64,000 nucleotides of DNA from Phyllosticta citribraziliensis (taxonomy: Eukaryota). Shown piece by piece: positions 38,571 through 50,399 of this stretch. Under the pieces are notes generated by a model. That model saw nothing but the letters and a program-made list of their open reading frames with translations. It was not told the origin of the DNA and made no database searches. The number at the start of each line of letters is the position of its first letter. The stretch's first letter is position 1. The translations under genes were made by a program, and so were the position numbers. The stretch lies in NCBI RefSeq assembly GCF_038025025.1, contig NW_027117350.1, positions 248,001-312,000 of the forward strand, in the 5' to 3' direction.

Positions 38571-39559
38571 TCACTTTCTCTTCTGCAGTACGACGCCGAA
38601 CCACACTTCCGAGCCTATCCACTTGCGACCCCTCTCGCTGATCCGGCCGTCCCTCAACATTTCCTCGTCGACCGCCCGCTCTAGCACGTTGCCAACAACC
38701 GCCAACCCTTCCCTTTGTGCCGCGTACACCGTCTCCTCGATCCCGTGTACCCAACTCTTCCCCCTCACCTTGATCTTTCTCCCTTCCTCGTCGGTTGAGA
38801 CGAATCCTGCTTGCGCTTTTGCACCCATGGCCGGATGCATGTTGGTCACCAGTGCGTACCCGTCCGGCCGCAACAGTCGCGACAGAGATTGGAAAAAATC
38901 CGGCAGCGGAACATGCTCAACGACGAGCGTGGAAATGACGCCATGAGCCGGACCGGGCAAAGCATGCGGCGACGAACTGGGATCATTCGGGTGCAAGATA
39001 TCATGCTGTACAAGTCTGAGTTCGACTCGCGTTGCTGATTTGGTTGCGGTGCTGGCAGGCGTGCGTGTCAGACATCTTTCCTCCTCCAGGCCGAGTACAC
39101 CCTGAATTTAAGCCCTGCGAAGACATACCCAAGCTTTTTGCGCGCCTCGTCCAGCATCTTGGCCGATGCGTCCACCCCCCTCACGTCCACTTGAGTTGCT
39201 TCGGGTAGATGCTGGTCCCAGGGGAAATCCAGAAGCTTCATCGTGTTGCGCCCTGTGCCGCAACCCAGGTCCGTTACTCTGAGCGGCTCGTTTACTGCTT
39301 GCTCGCCCAACGCGCTTGGGCATATCAGGTCGAGAAACTGTGGGAGTAGCTTCTCCATCTCCATGTCGTCTATGGCCTGTAGAACGTTGCCGTCCGTGTC
39401 GTAAACTGATGCCCATGCGTCATAGGCTGAGGTGGTGTCCATGTAGCGGACTGGCATGTGCGGTTCCTTCCAGACTGACTTCTGCGCAGCTGGTACTGAT
39501 GATGATGAAGTCTTGGGAGCGGTTGATGGGTCACTGGGGCGGTCGTGCATCGCACTCAT
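38571..39559 (-). CDS. Class I SAM-dependent methyltransferase; intron 39052-39128 (start uncertain, could be 39670)
   Basis: AYDAWASVYDTDGNVLQAIDD, motif I DLGCGTGRN, GVDASAKML, ISTLVVEHV, LLRPDG. Confidence 0.87.
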
Positions 39560-40039
39560 GTCGTAAATCTCAGTTTCCGTCGTGGAGAATGATTCCGAGT
39601 CTTGCGTCTGATGTGCGGAAAGGTCGACCAAGGATGCGTCGAATGTGGCATTGAGAGATAGACAGGTCATCTTGCAAGTGGTGGATGCAGTCTATTAATA
39701 GAGTATTGATTGGTTGTTATTTGTCTGTTGGAGAGAAGAGTAACAGTTTCGACTCCAGAGGAGTTTTAGAGGAGGGGCAACAGGGTAAATACTACGATCT
39801 CCTTTCCGCTCGTGACCGCGCGCCACAGCGTGAAGCACTACGCCAGGCGTCGTCCTGCAGTGTCTCATGACTCACTACCGACTCTCTTTGCGTTTCCTCC
39901 TGCAGCGTCTGGCGTCAACGACGAATGAGAGGCGCCGAAGGAGGCAACAGGATCCGTGGGATGCAATTGGTTTTGCCGCGAGGTGTCCGCAGCCCGCGCT
40001 CACATCACAGCGTCTAGTGTATCTTTCCTCTTTGCAATC

Positions 40040-41107
40040 TCATTTGAAGAATGCTCCAAAAATGCGCTCCTGGTGCCTCACCAACTTCTGCCTCGCACGC
40101 ACCGCATTTCCCAGCCTGCTCTCCTTCCATCCCGCGCCCAGATCCTGCAGCAGCAGCAGATGCGTGTAGGCGAAGACGGCGGCGTCAAGTAGGCCGGGCC
40201 GTGGAGCACCAAAGAACCACTGATCCGCGCCTAGCACGGTTTCGAGCGCGCGGAAAGCGTCTTCGGCTTCTGTGTAGATGGCTTCCGCGTCGATAACGGC
40301 GCCGTGTTTGAGGAGCTCGCGCTCGGCGGCCAGGCGCAGGTCGTGCGCTATCGAGGCCCGGACAAAGGCGTTGGTCGAGGTTGATTCAATGTACAGCGGA
40401 TGCGCTATGGAGTCGAAGTTGGGTGTCAAGTAGAGCGTGTAGAGCTGTAGCAGACAAATTGTTAGCTGCTGCATGGCGACTGTCTCAGGGCCAATCGTGC
40501 TTACCCATGCGCGCCGTATGCTGCGGTCAATGAGAGACGTGTAAGCTTCTAAGCGCACGTCCTCTGGCTCTTCGACAGCGTTGGCGCTGTTCTCCTCCAC
40601 CCATTTCTGCAGCTTTCCAGAAGGGACTGGCTTGGGCTGGTCGTGGACGGTGTTGTACGCCCCGGCAGGAAGGAGGAATGGAAGCGCACCGCTAGGGGAG
40701 GCATGGTTGCTTGAGGCGACAGTGTGGAAGTCAATGCTATTGAACTTCAGATACGCCTGGGATGCAAAGTCAGCGAAGTTTCAGGGCATTGCGAAATCGC
40801 AGCGCGACGGAGGATGGCTTACCTGCCACTTTAGACAGGCTGGATTGAACGAGGCTCCGCCGTCCAGAGCTCCATCTTCAGTCAAGAACACGTAGAGGGC
40901 ATGCTGGTCCCGGTTTCGCGGGGCGCGACTAGGGAGGTCGCATGCGGGATAGGTGACGAGGGGGAACTTGTCGAAGAGGGCCTTGATCGGGCGCGGAACA
41001 GTCGCAAGACGGCTGAAGATATTGCCGCTCTTTGGTGGATCTTGTTGGGAGGGTCGTCGCGACGGTGTCTCGCGACTTTTTGAATCAGGGTCACCTGGTG
41101 CTGGCAT
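40040..41107 (-). CDS. SAM35: Mitochondrial SAM-complex subunit Sam35/metaxin-like (GST-fold); 2 introns
   Basis: VPRPIKALFDKFPLVTYP, SFNPACLKWQ/AYLKF...SNHASPSGALPFLLP, C-terminal WFFGAPRPGLLDAAVFAYTHLLL. Confidence 0.85.
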
Positions 41108-41408
41108 TGTTGCCGTCCATGACGGATGAGTCGTGGCTGTTGTTCTTCAGAGCTCAGTTCGCAGACCCCTGCGGCTAAACTCCGCAAAATTGACCATTAC
41201 TCCGATCAACGTCATAGCTTTTCCATTCCCAAACACCTCCCTTAGGTTCATTGACTTCGACTGGTGCTTATTTTCGATCCTATCCTCCTCGAAATTACAT
41301 GGTTACATGGTAACATTTCCCGTCTTTCTAAAAGACTTGCTCTCCGATTTCGACCTTCACCAAGTCTCAAGTTTCACAGCATCCGGCCTCATCGGTACAC
41401 TTTGCGCA

Positions 41409-44400
41409 CTACACCGAGGCCATCGTCAGGTTCAAGCTCTGGTCTGCCGTTGACCCTCCATGCTCCAATAAAGCAAACACATACTCGCCCTTCTCCAACT
41501 CAAAGACATACTGCCGATTGAGTATCGGTAAAAACCGGTCAACATCCAGGTTCATGGCGACAGTCCGACTCTCTCCGGCCTCCAAATACACCCGCTGGAA
41601 AGCCACGAGCTGCTTCACTGGCTGAGTGATCTGTGAGACTCGCTGCAAAAGATAGACCTGAGCGACGTAGCTGCCAACCAAAGACCCGGTATTTTCCACC
41701 TCGACAGAGAATGTGATGGCATCGCCATTCGTAAAGGTTGACGAGCCGGCGCCACCACCCGACACAGCAGCCGATGTCGACACAGCTTTGAAGCCGGTGA
41801 CCTTGAAGCCCGTATAAGAAAGGCCGTATCCAAAGGGGTATGTGGGCCTCCAATCAATGTCGACGAATGTTACGTTGTGCGCAGTCTTCTTGTAATTGTA
41901 GTAGACCGGCAGCTGCCCCGTTTCCGCAGGTACACTCAAAGGTACCCGGCCTCCCGGATTCACTTCACCAAAGAGGACGTCAGCTATTGCCTGTCCTCCC
42001 ATTTGTCCTGGGAAAAAGGCAGTGAGCACCGCGCTGGATTTGTTGTAATACTCTGGAATGGCAAAGGGCCTGCCGCCCTGCAAGACGAGGACGACTGGCT
42101 TGCCGAGTGCAAAGATGGCATCCGCAAGCACAGTCTGGTTTGGTGACAGGCCCAGCGTTCCGCGGTCCCCGCCTTCGCCGTCGGAATTCCACGCTGCACC
42201 AACGGAGAGAACAATCACATCTGCTGACGCTGCCGTGGCGACCGCTTTGTCCACGGGAGATGAGCTGTCGACCAAATTCCAGAAGAGAATCACTTCTGCA
42301 TTGATCGAGTTTTGGTTGGCGATCTTCCGAAAGGTGTTGTAAGCCTGGTACTCGATCCGGATGCTGTGTTCAGCCCCCGGCCTGAACAACAATGGCGACG
42401 AGCCTGGAGGCGCAGCTGTGTTATCCAGTCCTTTTGCGATATTCGACAAGATGTTACCATCTTTGGACTGGGTCGAGTTGGCGAAGAGCTGGCCGTCAAC
42501 AAACAGCTTTGCCGTTGTGTTTGGACTGACTGCCACGCCCAGCCACCCCTCAATTTCGCCGTCTACCGGTACTTGGAGCTGGCCCTCCCAGATGACGCTG
42601 AAGTTGTTGGACGGCAGACCCGACGGCGGATAGAGTCCCCAGTCGAGAACCGGGATTTCTTTTCTAGAGACGGCAGGCTCCTGGAACTCTGTGTCCGCGA
42701 AATATGTCGCTTGTAGCCCTCCGGAAGAGCCATTTGTCGACAAAAGGTATCCTGGTATTGGGTACTGCGCGTTGTAGACCCAGCTATTCGCTCCCCAACT
42801 GGACACAACCTGGACATCCGACTCCTTCGCCAGATTCGCCAAAATACCCTGCCGCAGTGTGACGGCATTGGAGATTGGATACGCGCCGAATGTTCCAGAG
42901 TAATCGCCATAGTTCAAAGTGTCGCCAAAAGGCCCTATTATTGCCAGCTTTTGCTTCTCTATGAGCTGCAGAGGCAACGTCTGGTTGCGATTCTCCAACA
43001 ACACGATGCTCTTCTGCGCTGCTTCGAGAGTCAGCGGCACGTGCTCCGCTGTTAAAGAGTAAGGATCAATCTCATCTGGTATGTTCGGATCAGAGAAAAG
43101 CCCCAAGTCATACTTTACTCCCAGGATCTTCCGCACATCTGCCACGAGTTTTTCGACGGGTACTGTGTGGTTCTTGACAGAATCAACAATGATCTCTCCA
43201 AAATCTTCCAGCGAATAGTCGTAGTACTGAATCATTCCGCCAGCATTCAACCACTGCTGGAGAGAGTCGTTTCTATTCTTTGACACAAAGTGTCTTTCAT
43301 GTAGCATCTCCAGTGCTGTCTCAAATCGGGAGGATCAGTTCTCAGCAACAGCAGGTTCGGCGTTTGAAGACTAACCGGCATCGTCGGATATGACGAATCC
43401 GTCGAACCCCCATGACGAAAGAGCTTCATATAGCATCGGACTCACGTGTGCAGGCACATCATCAACCTCATTATACGACATCATTACTCCCCTAGCACCA
43501 CCAAGTTCGATGGCAGCTTTGAAGGGTGTCAGGAGCTCTCCAAGGATCTCTCGATTCCCATGTCCCATCCATGGCGCAGCATTGATACCCGACTGCGGCG
43601 CGCCATAAGCTGCAAAGTGCTACATCTCAATCAGCGATTATGATAGGCTTATGAGTTGCAGCGGGGTAGAACTGACCTTGACCAATGGCACAACAGCATC
43701 CGGATCTGCCCATGAGCCGTTCTTGGAGAGTCCAGAAGCAAAGGCTACGCCCATGTGTGAAGTCAAGACCTTGTCTTCGCCCCAAGCTTCCTGAACTCTT
43801 CCAAAACGAGGATCCTTTCCGAGGTCAAGTACAGGAGCAAGACAGGCGTGGATACCAATGGACCGGGCCTCAGTGCCAATCGCTCGGCCGACGCGGTAGA
43901 CCAGATCAGCGTCGAAACTTGCAGCCATCGCAATGGCTTGCGGGAACATAGACTGATTGTACGACGCAACCCCGTGCAGACACTCTGCAAAGTGCATGAA
44001 CGGGATTTTCAGCCTGGCTTTTTCAGAGTCGAGTCTCTGTAGGCCATTGTATCGCGACTTGTTCATTGGATACCTTAAGCGGTCAGTTTGAGGTAACCAG
44101 AGTCAGGTCTAACGGACCAATCGTGAATGTTTCCAACCGGAGAGCTTGGAGAAAAGCTCATTGCTTCGTCTTGGTGGAAAGTGAGCTGGTGTTTCCACAC
44201 ATGTCTGGCTTTACTCTCACCGTAGCGGGCATTGTCCGAGTCCTTCCCAACAATCCCGTCTCCGAACATCAAATGGAGTTGGAGAACTATTCAAGCATCA
44301 GCATACACGTCATCTCAAAGCTCGACTGTGACCGCGAGGCCGGGATTTTGAGAATCAGAAACAGTCAAGCTCGGCTGCAACGGCAGCCAATGTCTAGCTC

Positions 44401-44737
44401 CCGCCGCAAATGGACCAATCATGCTGGCAGTGTGCCTGGATTACCTTATACCACTCGGATCAAGCCTCGGCATGTTTTAGAAAAGCAAGGAAGCAGTAAT
44501 GCAGAGGGAGACAGCTGTGCAGCGTAATGGCTCGCCCTGCTTACCTAAATCCTCAACCGTCATATTCGAAAGCAGAGAGTCGAGGAAAATGGATTTGTCG
44601 GATGCTGGTGTGGCTTCATTTTGGAAATTGGGGCCACCGAGAGAGGTCCCGCTGAATATCGAGGCTGCTGCTGTGTTCTGAGGAAAAAAGAAAGAACTCA
44701 ACAACACAACCAGGAAGAGTCCTGGAAATTCCATCAT
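41409..44737 (-). CDS. Secreted glycoside hydrolase family 3 (beta-glucosidase/xylosidase-like) with PA14 insert and Fn3-like C-terminus; several 5' introns
   Basis: Signal peptide; AECLHG, FPQAIAMAASFD, DPRFGRVQEAWGED, VMMSYN, GFVISDDAG (nucleophile Asp), SIVLLEN, GEGGDR, GEVNPGGRVP, YPFGYGLSY, VAQVYL. Confidence 0.93.
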
Positions 44738-45612
44738 GACAAAAAATGGTCACTGGCGACGAAAACCAAAACAGAGAGCGCGTTGTTCGAACTAATGAAT
44801 AACAGGGTTTCGCTAACCACGGACCAGATAAGCTTCTTGGGAAGCTTTAGAGGCTCTACTACCCCTCTCGCATCCCCATATTTTCCAACTCTGTTACCAA
44901 ATGGAGTAGAGTGTTAGCGAGACAACGGAGTAAACCGTGCGCCATCATGGTTCGTGGTGATGATGGGCGGGGGTCAAGGTACGTGAGAACGAGCTCATCA
45001 TTGGACAAAGCACCATAGCCGAACCAATAGCCAACAGGCTGCTTGCGTTTAACGTTGGAACCAACAAGAGTGGCATTGTCTGATCAGAGGGTGGTAAAGC
45101 AGAGTGACAGCAGACGACGGAACGAGCACCTTGAAAGTCGGAGGCGGAGCGGGGTACCTGCCCAAGCCGTTCAACCGTCCGAGTCCGAAAGTGCGAACCA
45201 AAGCGGGATCTTCTCTCAACCATCCATATCCATCGCCATATCCTGCTACTTGTCAGGTCTTCCCCGCTTCATGCAGTTGTCCTGTTGTCGAACACCGCCT
45301 GGTCGCGACTGCCAAAATGACGTCCTCCAGAATCCGGCAATGCGGTAACGCGGCATCCCGCCCAGGCCTGCCAATGCATCTTGCAGTCTGCCGTCCGCTG
45401 CAGCGCCTTCCTGGGCCGCAGTGTTCTACTTGGCACTTGGGATGTACCCGTCAACTAAACCGGGTAGGCTAAGAAGCTTTTCGCCTTCGCGCGCTCATAG
45501 ACGCCTTGGAGAGGGGTAGACACTTTAAAATACGCCCACAAGTTCGTCGTCCATTTTTGTTCATTGTGTTGCGACCTATCCATCCTCTCTTCACATGCGA
45601 GGCAGAACCACG

Positions 45613-48347
45613 ATGGCTGCAAGGGGTTTCTCGGTCGTTGTAGCGGCCATATACCTGGTTGGTGCTGCGACACGGGTCCAAGGGCAAGGAGTATCTGATA
45701 CTGGCTTCGACGTATTTGATTTTATCGATCCATTCATTGGCACGGACAATGGAGGTGAATATCCCTGCGTTCAAACTGAAAGGGACGTAAGAAGCTGATT
45801 TTGATAAGGCCATGTCCACCCCGGTGCCACACTTCCCTTCGGCATGGTGAAGGCATCGGCCGATGTGTACGGCGAAAATCAAGGAGGGTTTTCCAGCGAC
45901 AACAGCACCATTATCGGGTTCAGCCACATGCATGATTCCGGCACCGGTGGAGTACGACCTTTCCAAGTTTCTATGATGCAAGCAGTTTTTTGACCGATAT
46001 CAGAGCCCCTCCCTCGGACTGTTCCCCATTTTTCCTCAATCGGGCTGTCCAGACGACGATCTGAACAGATGCGAGTGGGCATATCTGGATCGTCGCGTGC
46101 AAAGAATCAACGGCACAGCCAAGGCAACTCCGGGCTATTTTGCAGTCACTCTGAATACTTCGATTCAGGGTGAAGTGACGGTCACCAACCACACGGCGCT
46201 TTATCGATTCACGTTTCCTGATGACCCAGTCCCTCAGAATGGATTTGGGTCAATTGGCAGCTCAACCATTCCACTGAGCCCTGTGCTGCTGATTGACCTG
46301 ATTGATTTGCCAAGGTCAAGGAGCAACGGTACTATCGCAGTCGATCCTACTTCCGGCCGGATCAGCGGATTTGGGACTTTCAATCCCAGTTTCGGAATAG
46401 GCTCATACAATGCGTATGTCTGTGCCGACTTCAGAGGCGCCGAGCTGCGAGATACTGGACTTTTCAAAAACAATCGAGCTGGAAACGATCCAAAATCGCA
46501 GTCAGTTGTAAAAGATGGCGTCAACGGCGACGGCAGTGACGGCGGCGACACTCAGCTGCCAGTCGGCGCCTTTGTTCAGTTCAACAAGCCTGACAGCAAC
46601 AACCAGATTTTTGTCCGTGTTGGAATGAGCTTCATCAGCACCGAGAAGGCTTGCCAGAACGCTGAGAAAGAGATTCCATCATTCGACTTTGAGGCCGTCC
46701 AGACTTCCGCGGAGGATGCTTGGAGGAAAAAGTTGAGCCCGATTTCGATTGACGCTACTGGTGTCAACGAATCGCTCCAAACCACATTTTGGAGTGGATT
46801 GTACAGAACTTTTCTCTCTCCGCAGGATTACACTGGAGAAAATCCGCTCTGGGATAGCGACGAACCGTACTACGACTCGTACTATTGCATCTGGGACTCT
46901 TACCGCAGCATCCACCCGCTCTTGACTATCACGGACCCGCAGTCCCAGACTCTGATGATACGCAGCTTGATTGATATTTATGTTCACGAGGGATATCTTC
47001 CAGACTGTCGCATGAGGTAAGCCACTCCATCATGAATTTCACACAGAAACTGATTGTCCGCAGTCTCTGCAAAGGCTTCACGCAAGGCGGCTCCAATGCA
47101 GATGTGGTCCTGACAGACTCTTATTTGAAGAACATTACAGATGGAGTCGATTGGCAAAAGGGGTATGAAGCTGTTGTCAAGGACGCCGAAGTTGAGCCCC
47201 TGAATTGGGCTGTTGAAGGCCGCGGCGGTCTCAAAAGCTGGAAAGAATTGAAGTACATTCCCACAGACGACTACGATCCTTACGGAGTAGGCCCTTTCAC
47301 CAGATCCATCTCTCGCACGGTAGAATATGCATACAATGACTTCACCATTGCACTTCTCGCCCGAGCGCTTGGAAACATAGCCGACTTTGAAAAATACCTC
47401 GAGCGCTCGACGTATTGGAAGAACATGTTCAAAGCAGACCAGGTACGTGCCCAAACCCGTACCCATACGATACCATCTGACAAAAGCAGGTCTCTTTCAT
47501 CAATGAAACCAACACCGGCTTCGTCGGCTTCCTACAACCACGATTTCTCAACGGGACTTTTGGATTTCAGGATCCAATTTTTTGCTCGTCGCTTCTCAAT
47601 TTCACATCGTGTTATCTCAATTCCAAAGGCCATGAGACGTACGAAGGATCGGCTTGGCTCTACACTTTCTACGTCCCGCAAGACATGGCAACGCTCATCA
47701 CAACGCTCGGTGGACCCGAAGCCTTCACGCGGCGCCTACAGTACCTACACTACACATACAACTTGCTCTACATTGGTGATGAGCAGGCCTTCCTAACCGT
47801 TTACCTGGGCCACTACTCCGGGCGCCCAGGCGTATCGTCCGACCTCGCGCACTTCTACATCCCCGCGCAATTCAACGACTCCATCATCGGCATCCCCGGC
47901 AACGACGATAGCGGCGCCATGGGCTCTTTCTCCACCTTCTCCATGCTCGGCTTCTTCCCCGTCGCCGGCCAGGACGTGTACCTTATCATCCCGCCCTTCT
48001 TCCCCGAAATCAACGTCACGTCGCCCGTCACGGGCAAGGTCGCGACTGTCCGCAACATCGGCTTCGACCCGTCCTATCGCGCGCGATATGTCCAGAGTGC
48101 CCGCTTGGACGGCCAGAATTACACGCGTAATTGGATTGGCCATCGCTTTTTTCTCGAGGGCGGCCTGCTCGAGTTGGAGCTGGGCGAGAGCGAGAGCGAT
48201 TGGGGGACCCGGCCGGAGGACCTGCCGCCGAGCGCTAGCACGAGTTTTGGCAGCGGTGGTGGTGGCAGCGGAGGCGCGCTGAAGAGGAGTGCAGACGAGC
48301 TCAAAGTTAGAGGCGGGATGCAGGAGTTTGGCTCGTTTGGGTTGTAA
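45613..48347 (+). CDS. Secreted glycoside hydrolase family 92 (alpha-1,2-mannosidase); about 4 introns
   Basis: FIDPFIGTDNGG/HVHPGATLPFGMVK, GFSHMHDSGTGG, CIWDSYRS, TQGGSNADVV, SRTVEYAYNDF, PGNDDSGAMGS. Confidence 0.95.
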
Positions 48348-49198
48348 GTGTGCAGCGCATGAGGCAGAGAAGCTTAATTATGTTGGCTGTGGTTGTTGTA
48401 ATTGACATGCTTTGTGGGATGCAAAATGATCAAGCGCCGCCTTCCTTGACGAGCACTAATTTCACCCGCCTGTTAACTACGCGCAAACTGACTGGCTCAC
48501 TGCGTCACATGCCTGTGCCAAAGTGTCCAGCTAATCAATCAATCCTCTTCGTCGAGAAAGATACAGAGCTGCAACGAGCATAGCGAGAAAAAACTGTGAT
48601 TCCGCGACTGCAAATTGTGTCAACGCATCTCCGTTGTTTGTACGCGCGTGTATAAAATCGCAAACACTTTTGACCGGTTAACGAATTCTTGCTGCGTTCG
48701 AAGTTAGCCAACCTGCCGCCTCTGGTCTAGCGAGCTGCTGCTAATTGGCCCGTCTCGCAGATGTCGGTCCGCAACGGGCAGTTTTTCTCCCGTCTGTGCA
48801 CATTTCGTTTAAGCGCGACTTTTGCTGTGGCGGAATGCGGGGGGGCTGGTTAATTTTCTGCGCGCATCCGGCATGCATAAATGCGTTGCGGGTGGTATCT
48901 GCCCGCAGCAGCCGAAGAATTTGGCAGGTAGAGTGCATCGTGAGTGGAATTTGAGTAATGGAGGCTGGCGGGATTGTTTTTGGATGGGAATTGATCAAGT
49001 CAGTTCGCAGCAATGGGGTCATGGAATTAGTGAGATGGTTCGGCAGAAGGAATTGGATTGCTATTAGATAGACTATGTGCGCAGCCGTCTAGGCGCCTTG
49101 TCTGGGTTGTCATCAAAGATAGTTGGACAAGTTGTGTGTATAGGTCGTTTCGTCGTCGTGAAAGTGTTTCCTCCTCAAGGATTGAATGAGGGTCATGA

Positions 49199-49217
49199 AA
49201 AAAAAAAAAAAAAAAAA
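49199..49217 (+). repeat. Poly(A) homopolymer tract
   Basis: Run of about 19 A downstream of the repeat-protein gene. Confidence 0.8.
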
Positions 49218-49388
49218 GTAAAATACGCTGCAGCAAATCGTGATTTTCAGAAGAAGCAAAAGTCAACAAGTAAGAAAGAAGTCAAAAGTCGTAGCTCTCA
49301 GAGCAAAGGATCGTGTCGTGCCCTTGGCAACAGATCGTAACATAAGATCGAACGTGTTTTCGTGAATAAAGAGGCCATGGAAAAGATC

Positions 49389-50399
49389 TTAGTATGTGCT
49401 GAAGTGCGCTTCGGCGTCGATCGAAGCGGCGAGGCCGGCAATGTTGTCCAGGTCAATTTGCGTGATGGCGCGCGCGCGGACAGCGGCGTTGATGGTGGCA
49501 AGGTTGTTCAAGTCCTTCAGAACCACGGTCACAGTGTTGGCAACAGTGTTTGCGGCAGTCTTGGTGGTTGCAGCGACGGCGTAGCGGACATTGGAGCGCA
49601 GGCCATTAGCGATCTGAGCAAGGCAGTCCAGCTGGGCTTGTGTGACAGATTCGGACGCAACAGCTCCAACGATCTTGATAAGGTTGTTTGTGTCGACGGT
49701 GGTGACGTTCACGGCAGCGCCGGTAGCGGAGCTGACACTTGTTGCAATGGTGGAGATATCGCGGGCGTGGAGCACAACTCCGGCGTGAGTGCGAATCGCA
49801 ACACAGAGTCTGGCAATGTTGTCGAGGTCCACTTGGACGACGGTGTCCGCGGCGATCCAAGCCTGAATCTTCTGGATGTTGGCAATGTCTGAGCCAGTTG
49901 CAGCGATGGCCGCGCCCAAGCCAGCAAACAGACCACCAGCCAGTCCAAGAGTAGGGTCCCGAGGCTGGTTGGAGGCACCGACAGCGACTACGGTGCCAGT
50001 TCCGAGGTTTGCGGCAATCCTGCCCAAAGTGTCGAGCTCAACCCTCGTACAGACGTTGAGGGCGACAGCGCTGGCAAGGTAGACGAGGTTTGCGACGTCC
50101 GAGTAGGTGACTGCAGCAAGGCCAGCAGCTGCTCCTGCGCCAGCAACGATAGAGCGTGCGTTGACTCCGGCAGACGCATCCAAGTTGGCGTTGGCGCCAG
50201 CTTGCACTGCAGTTCCGCCGACAGCAAGGCCAGCAGCAGCCTGAGCCTGGGCGACTGCGTCGACTTGAAGTCCTGTTCCGCGCTCCTCAATGGCTTGGAT
50301 GTCTTCATTGGAGATGGTCGAATCGCGTCTCTTCACCGGCGCACCGTAGGTCGCAGCGCCAAAGGCAAGAATGGTAGTGAAAGTCTGGAAGGTGTGCAT
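49389..50399 (-). CDS. Secreted Ala/Val-rich protein (336 aa) with four internal 36-aa repeats
   Basis: Single exon, ATG in AAAATG context, signal peptide MHTFQTFTTILAFGAATYGA, then dibasic KRR; four repeats of pattern D..N(L/I)..(I/L)...(V/I)........LD.(L/I). Confidence 0.8.
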   Translation of the reverse strand: MHTFQTFTTILAFGAATYGAPVKRRDSTISNEDIQAIEERGTGLQVDAVAQAQAAAGLAVGGTAVQAGANANLDASAGVNARSIVAGAGAAAGLAAVTYSDVANLVYLASAVALNVCTRVELDTLGRIAANLGTGTVVAVGASNQPRDPTLGLAGGLFAGLGAAIAATGSDIANIQKIQAWIAADTVVQVDLDNIARLCVAIRTHAGVVLHARDISTIATSVSSATGAAVNVTTVDTNNLIKIVGAVASESVTQAQLDCLAQIANGLRSNVRYAVAATTKTAANTVANTVTVVLKDLNNLATINAAVRARAITQIDLDNIAGLAASIDAEAHFSTY

